From the IMG/VR virus record IMGVR_UViG_3300045988_140174, positions 34,574-98,573 of that record: a DNA stretch of 64,000 nucleotides; one strand, written 5' to 3'. How positions within the stretch are numbered: position 1 is the first letter of the stretch; each line of letters starts with the position of its first letter. Below, one piece after another: positions 28,254 to 36,458 of the stretch. The position numbers and the translations under genes were made by a program. The DNA comes from a virus. The notes under the pieces were generated by a model, which worked only from the letters and a program-made list of their open reading frames with translations, was not told where the DNA came from and did no database searches.

Positions 28254-28960
28254 TTGTAATCTATACTTACCTATGCTATACTACATAATGTCAAGAGGGA
28301 GTGAGACCCCGTGGGCTGGGCTAATGGTAGGTAATGTCCCAAGTGTAAGTGAGAGCGCGCCGTACTGAAAAAAAAGACCAAAATTCCCTCTTGACAAACT
28401 CCATCAAAGGTGCTATAATGGGTGTGTCAGGAGGCGGCTCAATGATGGGTCGCTCCCATCAGGATTAAACCGAAAAAAATTTCAAAGAAATTTGAAATTC
28501 CCTCTTGACAAACCCAAGCCCCTGTGCTATAATGGATAATGTCAAGAGGGGAACGGCACGGCAGATGCGTCTAATGTGTCGCTTGTGTAGACAGGTTTCA
28601 GAAATTTGGAAAAATTTCAAAAAACCTCTTGACAATCCCCAGCACCTGTGCTATAATTGATAATGTCAAGAGGGGAACAGCCCCACCCAAGAAATCCGCG
28701 GGTCGCGAACCGTGCGAGAGTAAAGGAAGTAAGCCCTATACCAGCGCAGTAAACCCAAACGATGAACGAAAAGTGAGTGGATTGGTCAGTTCGTCCATGC
28801 GCATGGAAACGTTGAACCAACAGCAACACCTTATTCGTCAGGCGAGGTTGTAAGTCGGCTGTGAATACTTGTGGAGCGTTCCCCTGTTGACACTATCAAA
28901 AAAAATCAAGAATTTTGGAAAAAACTCTTGACAATCCCAGCGCAAGCTGTTATAATAGAT
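28254..28960 (+). other. tandem array of 5 promoter-leader modules (TTGACA-17-TATAAT then transcript starting (G/A)ATAATGTCAAGAGGG...) with tiny ORFs
   Basis: promoters at about 28254, 28391, 28505, 28629 and 28928; tiny ORFs 28288..28368 (26 aa), 28442..28468 (8 aa, with AGGAGG RBS), 28539..28574 (11 aa), 28663..28752 (29 aa); a 175-nt spacer of unknown function at 28753..28927. Confidence 0.5.
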
Positions 28961-29012
28961 AATGTCAGGAGGGCAAAGCCCTCAAAACCAAATGGAGAAA
29001 GGAATTGATACT

Positions 29013-29393
29013 ATGGCTAACACTAACACCACCACCCGCAAGCCCACCAAGCGCGATAATTTCACCGCCCTGCTGAAACTGTCCGAGGTCAAGGCTGACC
29101 CCAAGCTGGTGGAGTTCATCACCCACGAAATCGACCTGCTCGACCGCAAGAACACCGTGGACAAGAAGCCCACCAAGACCCAGCAGGAGAATGAGGTCAT
29201 CAAGACCACTGTCCTGTCCGCTATGGAGAGCAACCGGCTGTATTCTATCAGCGAGATGCTCAAAGAGTTCCCCGTCTGCAAGGACATGAGCAATCAGAAG
29301 CTGTCCTCCCTCGTCCGGCAGATGGTGCTGGATAAGCAGGTGGAGCGCGTGGAGGACAAGCGCAAGGCGTTCTTCCGCAAGGTGAGCGCGTAA
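29013..29393 (+). CDS. family-A protein, 126 aa (paralogs at 30202..30621 and 55655..56062)
   Basis: RBS GGAGAAAGGAATTGATACT-ATG; shared TKRDnFTAlL and LDRKNTVDKKPT motifs. Confidence 0.7.
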   Translation: MANTNTTTRKPTKRDNFTALLKLSEVKADPKLVEFITHEIDLLDRKNTVDKKPTKTQQENEVIKTTVLSAMESNRLYSISEMLKEFPVCKDMSNQKLSSLVRQMVLDKQVERVEDKRKAFFRKVSA

Positions 29394-29444
29394 ACCTCAA
29401 AGGGTGGGGAGCAATCCCCACCCTAACCCTGAAAGGAGTATCGC

Positions 29445-29801
29445 ATGACTGACCGAGTTGCCGACCTCATGCGAAAGCTGGATTGCACCGAAGCCGAAGC
29501 CAAGGACATTATCGTTCAAGATGCTATCATCGACAAAGGCGGCAATCCGTTTCCGCTGACCGAGGAGCAGGAAAAGGCAAGCAAGAAAGCGCGGGGAGTA
29601 GGACGCCAGCCGACCGCATACAAGTTCGCGCCAAGAGAAAAAAAGGCTAATCCCACAAAGCAGACTATCATCACTCTGCTGACCGAGACACTGACCACAT
29701 ACGGCGCGACTGACCTGAACGTGAGCAACGCGGAGCGCGAATTTTTATTCACGCTTGATGGAACAAAATACAAGGTTGTGCTGTCGTGCCCGCGCAAGTG
29801 A
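29445..29801 (+). CDS. family-B protein, 118 aa (paralog at 30683..31081)
   Basis: RBS TGAAAGGAGTATCGC-ATG; shared PTAYKF..RE.KANPTK motif. Confidence 0.7.
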   Translation: MTDRVADLMRKLDCTEAEAKDIIVQDAIIDKGGNPFPLTEEQEKASKKARGVGRQPTAYKFAPREKKANPTKQTIITLLTETLTTYGATDLNVSNAEREFLFTLDGTKYKVVLSCPRK

Positions 29802-29827
29802 GGGAGAGAAATCTCCCTCATTTTTTT
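29799..29827 (+). terminator. intrinsic terminator overlapping the stop
   Basis: TGAGGGAGAGAAATCTCCCTCA + T7. Confidence 0.8.
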
Positions 29828-29841
29828 GTGCATTTTGACTA

Positions 29842-29936
29842 TTGACAAACGCGCTCAAATGTGTTAAAATGGGTCGGGCGCTCACGGCTGTGGCGCCCGA
29901 AATTTCCATTATACCACGTGGCACAAATTTTGTCAA
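29842..29936. promoter_or_regulatory. composite element: plus promoter (TTGACA 29842-17-TAAAAT 29865), hairpin CGGGCGC-TCACGGCTGTG-GCGCCCG (29875..29899), face-to-face minus promoter (29908..29936 rc, TTGACA-17-TGGTATAAT)
   Basis: same architecture as 21473, 25674 and 28101. Confidence 0.6.
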
Positions 29937-30104
29937 GTGTTTTTTTGCACAAATTTTGGATGTTGAAAATCCCATTTTTTGTGAGTATTGACTATTGCAA
30001 TCTGCCCAAGGGTGTGGTAATATATAATTGTTCCAAGGGAGAGGGTAAGACCTCCCGGCGGGGCGTGTACCTCGAAAAAAATTCCACAAATCCGAAAAAA
30101 AGTC

Positions 30105-30133
30105 TTGACAAGGCTTCGGGTGTGTGTTATAAT
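30105..30133 (+). promoter_or_regulatory. promoter TTGACA-17-TATAAT
   Basis: consensus; leader ATAGATGTTCCAAGAGG has a 13-codon upstream ORF. Confidence 0.6.
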
Positions 30134-30201
30134 ATAGATGTTCCAAGAGGAAAACAACAATATGGTGGGCGACACCTAAAAACGCAGAAAGGGTTGATAC
30201 T

Positions 30202-30621
30202 ATGACTAACACTACTTCCACTGTGCGCCTGACCAAGCGCGACTACTTCACCGCCATTCTGTCCAAGGTGGATATGGACGCTACCTATGACATCCCCAAG
30301 GGTGATGCCATTGTCAAGGTTTCCGGTGCTGATGTGGCGGGCTTCCTGAACCACGAGCTGGACCTGCTCGACCGCAAGAACACCGTGGACAAGAAGCCGA
30401 CCGCCACGCAGGTGGCAAACGAGGGTATCAAGGCTGACATCAAGGCGTTCCTGGACGCCCACAAGGGCGAGAAGTACACCGTGTCCGCTCTGATGAAGTC
30501 TGTCCCCGCTATCGCCGATGCGTCCAATCAGAAGGTTTCTTCTCTGGTGCGTCAGATGGTGCTGGACGGTCAGGCAGACCGTATCGAGGATAAGCGCAAG
30601 GCGTATTTCACCGCCAAGTAA
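30202..30621 (+). CDS. family-A protein, 139 aa
   Basis: RBS GAAAGGGTTGATACT-ATG. Confidence 0.7.
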   Translation: MTNTTSTVRLTKRDYFTAILSKVDMDATYDIPKGDAIVKVSGADVAGFLNHELDLLDRKNTVDKKPTATQVANEGIKADIKAFLDAHKGEKYTVSALMKSVPAIADASNQKVSSLVRQMVLDGQADRIEDKRKAYFTAK

Positions 30622-30682
30622 GACATGAGGGGGGGAGACATTCTCCCCCCCTATCCTCTAAAATCTGAAAAGGCGGTGTTTT

Positions 30683-31081
30683 ATGGCTGAAATCTCCAAA
30701 ACTGAATGGCTGAAAAACGCTATGGCGAAAATGGGCTGGACGGCTGATGAAGCGGAAGCCGTGTGGAACTCTGACCGAGAAATCGACAAGGGCAAGAAGC
30801 AGGATTTTGACCTGTCGAAAGAACAGCTCAAAATCGCCCAAAAATTCGCCAAGACTGGCACACGCAAGACCCCCACCGCATACAAATTCACCACAAGGGA
30901 ACGCAAGGCAAATCCCACAAAAGCATCCATTATCGCTGAACTCGCAACATTTTTGACCGAAAACAGCGAAAATGCCTGCGAAAATGTGGAAATAACTAAC
31001 AAAGAGAGACAGATTGCATTTTCGGTTGGTGAAAATTCCTATGAACTGACCCTTGTGCAGAAGCGCAAGCCGAAAAGTTGA
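30683..31081 (+). CDS. family-B protein, 132 aa
   Basis: ORF; paralog of 29445..29801. Confidence 0.7.
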   Translation: MAEISKTEWLKNAMAKMGWTADEAEAVWNSDREIDKGKKQDFDLSKEQLKIAQKFAKTGTRKTPTAYKFTTRERKANPTKASIIAELATFLTENSENACENVEITNKERQIAFSVGENSYELTLVQKRKPKS

Positions 31082-31131
31082 GAAAATGGGGGAGAAATCC
31101 CCCATTTTCCCCGAAAAATGAGGAAAAAAGT

Positions 31132-31476
31132 GTGAAAAACAAGGAATTTTTGTATGTAGGGCACTATTATGATGAAAATGGCGTATACATTCTGAAAATA
31201 GGCACTACTAACAATTTAAAGCGCAGACAGCGGGAACATACCCACAACTACAAAGAGTCTCCGGTTTACCGTTTACCGAAAAATGGTAAGTTTATTTACG
31301 ATTTTTCGATACCGCTCTCTAAATACAACACTTTGCGATACGAGGACAAAAATCGTGAGCATTGGCAGAAAATGGGATACGGCGTGTTTGTGAGAAATGA
31401 CAGATTTGCCTGTCCTGTGAAGCCGAAGTCTGTTGAAATTACCATTCGTCGAACTTACCAAATCGCTCTCGATTGA
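31132..31476 (+). CDS. GIY-YIG nuclease-domain protein, about 114 aa (start codon uncertain: GTG 31132 or TTG 31078)
   Basis: motif GVYILKIGTTNNLKRRQREH; no dedicated promoter; follows hairpin 31086..31105. Confidence 0.55.
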   Translation: MKNKEFLYVGHYYDENGVYILKIGTTNNLKRRQREHTHNYKESPVYRLPKNGKFIYDFSIPLSKYNTLRYEDKNREHWQKMGYGVFVRNDRFACPVKPKSVEITIRRTYQIALD

Positions 31477-31503
31477 GGGCGATTTTTTTATTCAATTTGA
31501 CTA

Positions 31504-31561
31504 TTGACAACGCCCTCTGACTGTGGTATAATGGGTCGGGCGCTCACGATTGTGGCGCCCG
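31504..31561. promoter_or_regulatory. promoter (TTGACA 31504-17-TATAAT 31527) + hairpin CGGGCGC-TCACGATTGTG-GCGCCCG (31537..31561) + inverted TTGACA remnant
   Basis: degenerate copy of the composite element. Confidence 0.5.
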
Positions 31562-31622
31562 GCATTTTTGTCAATACACATTTTCAACAATTTTTCCGGC
31601 GAAAGTTTGTATAAATTGACTA

Positions 31623-31651
31623 TTGCATTTTGTCCCGAAATGCGCTATACT
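31623..31651 (+). promoter_or_regulatory. proximal promoter TTGCAT-17-TATACT
   Basis: spacing and hexamers. Confidence 0.5.
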
Positions 31652-31699
31652 ATAAACAATCTGAGGGAACTGGAACCCACCAACAGCAAGGAGGCATCT

Positions 31700-32311
31700 A
31701 TGAATAAGAGCCAGTTTTTTGACCACGAAATCGAGTTCATTCAGTCCGAGGATTTGCGCTCATTCGTGCGCTATTACTTCGACTGTATCGTTCCCGATTA
31801 TTTCTGGACTATCGGCGCGAGTTCTTCCGGCAAGTTCCATCCGGCTATGAGCCAAGGCGAGGGCGGTTTGGTGCGCCACACTAAGGCGGTGGCGTGGTTT
31901 TGTGAGGAATTGCTCCGCATGAGCCAGTGGGCGTATCTCACTGACGAGCGCAAGGACTATGCACGAGTTGCCTGTCTGCTCCACGATACAGCCAAGTATG
32001 GCTTACACGAGTTCGACAAGGAACAGTATGCCCAGCACGGCGCGATTGCCGCTGACCAAGTTTGCCGGACGTGGATGGTGTTTTTCAATGAGGACTGCCC
32101 CTACGAGCTGACGCAAGCCATCAAGTCCCACATGGGTCAGTGGACTACCAACAAGGCGGATAGACCTTTCACTCCTATCGACAGACTGGTACACATGGCT
32201 GACTATGTGGCAAGCCGTCCGTTTATCGACATTCCGGCAATCAACGCTGACTATAACGACAAGGCGGAACTGGACGAAATCTCGCCTGGACTGCCGTGGG
32301 AGGAGGAATAA
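31700..32311 (+). CDS. HD-domain phosphohydrolase (5'-deoxynucleotidase-like candidate), 203 aa
   Basis: H..(GKFHP), HD (LLHDTAKY), D (HMADYVAS) motif set; RBS CAAGGAGGCATCT-ATG. Confidence 0.65.
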   Translation: MNKSQFFDHEIEFIQSEDLRSFVRYYFDCIVPDYFWTIGASSSGKFHPAMSQGEGGLVRHTKAVAWFCEELLRMSQWAYLTDERKDYARVACLLHDTAKYGLHEFDKEQYAQHGAIAADQVCRTWMVFFNEDCPYELTQAIKSHMGQWTTNKADRPFTPIDRLVHMADYVASRPFIDIPAINADYNDKAELDEISPGLPWEEE

Positions 32312-32313
32312 TC

Positions 32314-32505
32314 GTGACCCTTAAATTTTACTTCAACGCTGACGAGAATATGTGTGCGAGCGAGCACTGGGTCATCCAGTATCTCCACATACAAAATCCC
32401 GACATAGACGAGGATGAAATCGAGGACGAACTCCGCTCCCGCCGGGAATATTTTGGCTGGTATGAGTGCCAAGTGTCCGATGACATTGAAGAAAAATTCT
32501 TTTGA
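32314..32505 (+). CDS. acidic small protein, 63 aa (GTG start)
   Basis: RBS GGAGGAGGAATAATC-GTG overlapping the upstream stop. Confidence 0.5.
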   Translation: MTLKFYFNADENMCASEHWVIQYLHIQNPDIDEDEIEDELRSRREYFGWYECQVSDDIEEKFF

Positions 32506-32507
32506 GA

Positions 32508-32538
32508 TTAAGGGTGGAGAAATCCACCCTTAATTTTT
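32508..32538 (+). terminator. intrinsic terminator
   Basis: TTAAGGGTGGAGAAATCCACCCTTAA + T6. Confidence 0.8.
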
Positions 32539-32552
32539 GTTTATTTTGCCTA

Positions 32553-32640
32553 TTGACAACGTGGGCCCGGTGTGGTATAATAAAAGGGGAGGGTACAACG
32601 GGCCGAGCGCGGGCGCTGCGGTCCGAAATTCCGATCTGTA
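32553..32640. promoter_or_regulatory. promoter (TTGACA 32553-17-TATAAT 32576) + GC-rich hairpin region; the antisense promoter is absent in this copy
   Basis: GGGCCGAGCGCGGGCGCTGCGGTCCGAAATTCC resembles the hairpin + GAAATTYC of the other copies. Confidence 0.45.
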
Positions 32641-32730
32641 CCCCCATATGGAAAATTTTTCGTGATTCTAGCGACCCTCATATGCGCGCCAAAAATCCCA
32701 AAAAGCCGAGCCCCGCTCGGTACCCATATG
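32638..32730. repeat. three CATATG motifs in about 90 bp, two embedded in GTACCC(CC)ATATG direct repeats
   Basis: CATATG at 32645, 32679 and 32725; GTACCC at 32638 and 32720. Confidence 0.5.
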
Positions 32731-32739
32731 CCGCCCGGT

Positions 32740-32825
32740 TTGACATAAAAAAAAATTTATGTTATAATGATAAAAAAAACCATTTTTTTTCTCACTTGAC
32801 TTTTAAAAAAATTTTTTGTATAATA
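32740..32825 (+). promoter_or_regulatory. two tandem promoters (TTGACA 32740-17-TATAAT 32763; TTGACT 32797-17-TGTATAAT 32820)
   Basis: consensus hexamers and spacing. Confidence 0.55.
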
Positions 32826-32856
32826 TATGTATACAAAATGAAAAGAGGTTATTTAT

Positions 32857-33231
32857 ATGAATAAGAACGATATTCTGACGCGCTTAATGAATGGCGAGAG
32901 CGCTGAGGATATTGCTAAGGAAATGACTGCGATGCTGAATGACGCCACCAAGGCATATGCTGACCAGAAGAAGGACAAGGAAAAGATGGCCCGAGCGGAA
33001 GCGGTTGCCGATGCTATCAACGACTATGCGGCCTACGTCGGCTATAAGGGCGCAGAGTTGAAGGGCGAGGACGTCATTAAGGTTATGGACAGTTTCCTTA
33101 AATTCTACAAGGACCCAGGTAATTTCAAGATTGAACTCCCCGGATTCCGTTTTGAAACAAACTCTAAGGGTGCGATTAAGAAGGGCAAAACCGTTGATGA
33201 AATTCTCAACGACTGGATTTCTCGCATTTAA
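32857..33231 (+). CDS. hypothetical protein, 124 aa
   Basis: RBS AAAAGAGGTTATTTAT-ATG. Confidence 0.65.
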   Translation: MNKNDILTRLMNGESAEDIAKEMTAMLNDATKAYADQKKDKEKMARAEAVADAINDYAAYVGYKGAELKGEDVIKVMDSFLKFYKDPGNFKIELPGFRFETNSKGAIKKGKTVDEILNDWISRI

Positions 33232-33244
33232 TTTCGATTAACGT

Positions 33245-33307
33245 GTCGGCCCAGGTATTTTTCATTTGGGAAATTGGCGATTAGAATACCTGGGCTCGAC
33301 GTTTTTT
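33245..33307 (+). terminator. strong intrinsic terminator closing the GC-rich block
   Basis: about 15-bp stem GTCGGCCCAGGTATT...AATACCTGGGCTCGAC + TTTTTT. Confidence 0.8.
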
Positions 33308-33612
33308 GGAAAGGGTATCTTGAAAAATTCAGAGGATGACGATAACGATGAAATTGAGTGATGAGTTGGTACCGAGCGGGGGCACCAAACTTCCATCATT
33401 TTTCAATTTTTCTATTATTATCATCATTCTACCATAATCATTTTGTTATTAAGAGAAAACATTATAAGTTCCATTATTCGTTGTTTACAATTATATTCAT
33501 CAACCCCGCTAATAGGTTTATTTAATTATGATTTAGTTTTTGTGGAGGTAAAACAATTAATCAAACCTCAGACTCAAAAAAACGTCATAAGTCAAAAAAA
33601 ACATCATTGGTT

Positions 33613-33652
33613 AAAAAAAAATGGAGTGGCGATAAACCACTCCATTTTTTTA
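33613..33652. terminator. bidirectional terminator
   Basis: A8-ATGGAGTGG-CGATAAA-CCACTCCAT-T7. Confidence 0.7.
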
Positions 33653-34030
33653 TTCTTTATACATCAAATCACTTAAAATGTCATTATACGCTGATTCCAG
33701 GAGAGAATCAACAAGCGTCATATCAACATCAAGGTTAATCTCCGGCTTCACATCATTCTCCATAACCGGTCCAGAAGAAGAGATATCAGAAACCGGGCGT
33801 TCTAGCTTTTTCCAAGGTGATTCCCATTTACGATTCATATTACCATCTTCATCGACAGTCGCAATCCAATAGCCATCAACAATAAGGGCATTATTATAAT
33901 CATATAGAATATATACATTATCGCCCAAATCATCATACTTAGAGCGCACAATTACACCTCTGCCTTTATAATTACCAACTCTCTTACCATATTTATTTTT
34001 TAATACATCATAACTGAATTCATTTTTCAT
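33650..34030 (-). CDS. hypothetical protein, 126 aa
   Basis: complete ORF followed by the terminator. Confidence 0.65.
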   Translation of the reverse strand: MKNEFSYDVLKNKYGKRVGNYKGRGVIVRSKYDDLGDNVYILYDYNNALIVDGYWIATVDEDGNMNRKWESPWKKLERPVSDISSSGPVMENDVKPEINLDVDMTLVDSLLESAYNDILSDLMYKE

Positions 34031-34172
34031 TTTTTCATTTCACTTTCTAAAACGTTCCTTGATGTTTTGAGATAGTGCCCTAATTTTTCATTTCATATCC
34101 CTAATTGGGACTCCTACCCCTATTTCATTTTCTAAATATATTATATAATAATTTTATATATAAATCAACTTA

Positions 34173-34634
34173 CTTAATATAAAGTTGGTCAAATAACTTA
34201 CTTAATGCGTCTCCTGCGTCTTCTGCGCTACACCCCATAGCATTTACTTGTTTACTCAAATCCAATAGAGAATCAAATATAGAGACATAACTATTACTAT
34301 TATCGTAAATATTATTAGGCTAAGCATAGTCTGTTGTATCACTAATATTTACGTAATCATCATTCTGATGATATCCAGTAGAACGAAAATCTACATTTAA
34401 CTTTTGATTGCCCTTTCCGCCATAAACATCATTATCAAATGCAATCTTTACAGGTTTATAATTACTAGGCAATACAAAATAGATTGTATCATCTTTTAAA
34501 TATGTTTCTACTTTAATTGCCTCTTCGGGTACTTCTTCTTTACAACATCTTTTAAAACGTGCTGTATGTCTATTATTTACTTTCACAGGAATATTACTAC
34601 TATATTCACCATTTAATCCACTATGATAACCCAT
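34173..34634 (-). CDS. hypothetical protein, about 153 aa, 1 in-frame TAG
   Basis: track ORF 34320..34634 continued through TAG to TAA. Confidence 0.5.
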
Positions 34635-34655
34635 TATTATTTCTCCTTTTATTTT

Positions 34656-34829
34656 TTATTTACCCCAATTGATATCTACATCAATTTTACCACTATCTAT
34701 ATCTTTTATTACCTATTTATAGTTTTTCTAATTAAACTCAAATAATGTTCCATCTTTTAATTTAATTACATAAACTATTTTATCGTTTACTATCTTTACA
34801 CCATAATTTAACTATTCACTAATTTTCAT
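34656..34829 (-). CDS. small protein, 57 aa, 3 in-frame TAG
   Basis: RBS AAGGTGG + ATG; ends TAA. Confidence 0.35.
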
Positions 34830-34859
34830 TATTGCCACCTTTCAAGCGCCACAACGTGC

Positions 34860-35538
34860 GGTTGTATTTATACAACCACACCATTATTTATATTTATATT
34901 TATATTTATATTTATATTGCGGTTGTAATGGTTGTAATGGTTGTATTTAAATGTTTTTGGTTGTAAATTTTAATTCAAAATGGTTGTAATGGTTGTATTT
35001 GGATAAAAATGGTTGTTAAATTGGTTGTAAAAATCATAGATTTTTATTTAGTTTTAACAACCATTTTACAACCTCTTTACAACCATTTTACAACCAAATT
35101 GTGTGAAACAACCATTTTTGGTTGTGAAACAACCATTTTAGTTGTATTTATATAATTTTGGTTGTAATACAACCATTTTCATAAGGATACAACCATTTTC
35201 ATTCAAAATAGTTGTACTACAACCAATTTAGTTGTATACAACCATTTTTATTACCTTACAACCATTTTCATAAGAATACAACCAAAATGGTTGTTAAATT
35301 TTCATTTTTAGTTGTATACAACCATTTTTATTACCTTACAACCATTTTCATAAGAATACAACCAAAATGGTTGTTAAATTTTCATTTTTAGTTGTATACA
35401 ACCATTTTAAAAATCATACTTTATTTTTTTCTACTTTACAACCAAATTGGTTGTTAAATTTTCATTTTTGGTTGTATCCTATTGATTTGGTTGTAATACA
35501 ACCTTTTTGGTTGTATTTTCAGATAATTTTGGTTGTAA
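34860..35538. repeat. iteron array: more than 30 copies of GGTTGTA / TACAACC in both orientations (many as palindromic pairs) plus a (TATTTA)x5 tract at 34885..34918; putative replication origin
   Basis: dense 7-mer repeats with 10-11 bp phasing (e.g. GGTTGTAATGGTTGTAATGGTTGTA); palindromes ACAACCATTTTTGGTTGT and GGTTGTAATACAACC; AT-rich unwinding-element-like tract. Confidence 0.65.
35231..35408. repeat. 80-bp unit tandemly duplicated (2.2 copies) inside the iteron array
   Basis: GTTGTATACAACCATTTTTATTACCTTACAACCATTTTCATAAGAATACAACCAAAATGGTTGTTAAATTTTCATTTTTA repeated exactly at 35231 and 35311. Confidence 0.8.
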
Positions 35539-35970
35539 ATTTTTCGGCGCTGCCGATTCTTTTAACCACTCCGGATGCTTCTCTCGAATGATAAGCATAC
35601 GCTTTGCAATAGTCTGTTGAGAAACTCCAAACTTCGCGCCAATATCCTTCTATGTCATTCCAGAGTTTACCATTGTTGCAATTTCTTTAAGTTTTAAGGC
35701 TTCTACCTATCTCTCTTCCTTAGACTCTCTATGATTTGCCTTTTTATCAATAGTACTTTTCATTACATAGCCAATGTTCTATAACAATGCCTGAACCATA
35801 AAATCATCACTACTAATCTATCCAGTTAATGATAACTCAATGGCTGAAACCGCTAATTCTTTCGCCAATTCTTCTTCTCCATTATTATATAACATTTTAA
35901 TCTATTCAAACAATGATTGATATACAATTCCAGTTTTTTCCATAGGGCACTCTTTGAATTCTTTAATCAT
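35407..35970 (-). CDS. helix-turn-helix DNA-binding protein, about 187 aa with several in-frame TAG; C-terminus overlaps the iterons (possible origin-binding/initiator or regulator)
   Basis: RBS GGAGGGCGAGAAGA-ATG; HTH segment MTQKDIGAKFGVSQQTIAKRM; 3' end uncertain. Confidence 0.4.
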
Positions 35971-36162
35971 TCTTCTCGCCCTCCTTTAAGATACGATCAA
36001 ACGCATCTAATAATTCAGGCGTTGCCTCATAAACCCAACAACTAAAATGTGAGTTCTATGGATTCTTCATTTCAGTTAACGCACGAAAACCTCTTTGCTA
36101 TAACTAAATATGAATCTTTAATGAATAAATAATTTTAAAATTTGACACTTCAATATTGCTCC

Positions 36163-36312
36163 TTATCTTGACATTTTATTCATATACTCTTTCAATGCCT
36201 TGCGTATAACCTGAGACATTGTTAAATCCTGCGCTTGGGCAAAATTTTGTAATTCTAATTTCTCAGTTTGTGTCAGTCTAAGACTAATTATAACGACATC
36301 ATTATTTGCCAA
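36163..36312 (-). CDS. ribbon-helix-helix (CopG/Arc-like) protein, 49 aa (TTG start)
   Basis: VVIISLRLTQTEKLELQNFAQAQDLTMSQVIRKALKEY; RBS GGTGAGAGGTGATAAAAA-TTG. Confidence 0.45.
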   Translation of the reverse strand: MANNDVVIISLRLTQTEKLELQNFAQAQDLTMSQVIRKALKEYMNKMSR

Positions 36313-36458
36313 TTTTTATCACCTCTCACCATATAATAAAAATTTTTTGTATTACATTGTTCTACGTTGTCCTACGTAATATTACAAACCCATTCACTCA
36401 TTAAAAAAATCTATGCGTCTAAAATTTTAACACATTTTTTTAACAAAAATATTAAAAA

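Noticed and set aside
28629-28853. Track ORF 28629..28853 (74 aa) in the promoter-leader array
   Set aside because: It starts inside the TTGACA of a promoter and is out of frame with the leaderless-type ATG. The region is more parsimoniously leaders or small RNAs than a protein gene.
28680-28930. Suppressor tRNA or other tRNA in the non-coding stretches (28680..28930, 17940..18130, 33320..33440)
   Set aside because: No cloverleaf with a T-loop (GTTCRANYC) and anticodon stem could be built by eye. A CUA-anticodon tRNA is expected somewhere in the genome but is not supported in this window, so this needs tRNAscan-SE.
28101-32730. Interpreting GGCCGGCC, GAATTC, GGTACC and triple CATATG as cloning scars of an engineered construct
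   Set aside because: Individually these are short sites that occur naturally, the flanking sequence lacks vector backbone features, and paralogs of GC-block genes occur in other blocks. Kept as a caveat in finding 12 rather than a call.
17940-33320. The GC-rich block as an integrated mobile element with integrase and att sites
   Set aside because: No integrase, recombinase or transposase gene and no convincing direct repeats at the boundaries (only a weak GTACC..CCAAAC resemblance).
34860-35538. CRISPR array as an explanation for the GGTTGTA repeats
   Set aside because: Repeat units are only 7 nt, occur in both orientations, and have no unique spacers of regular length. The pattern is iteron-like.
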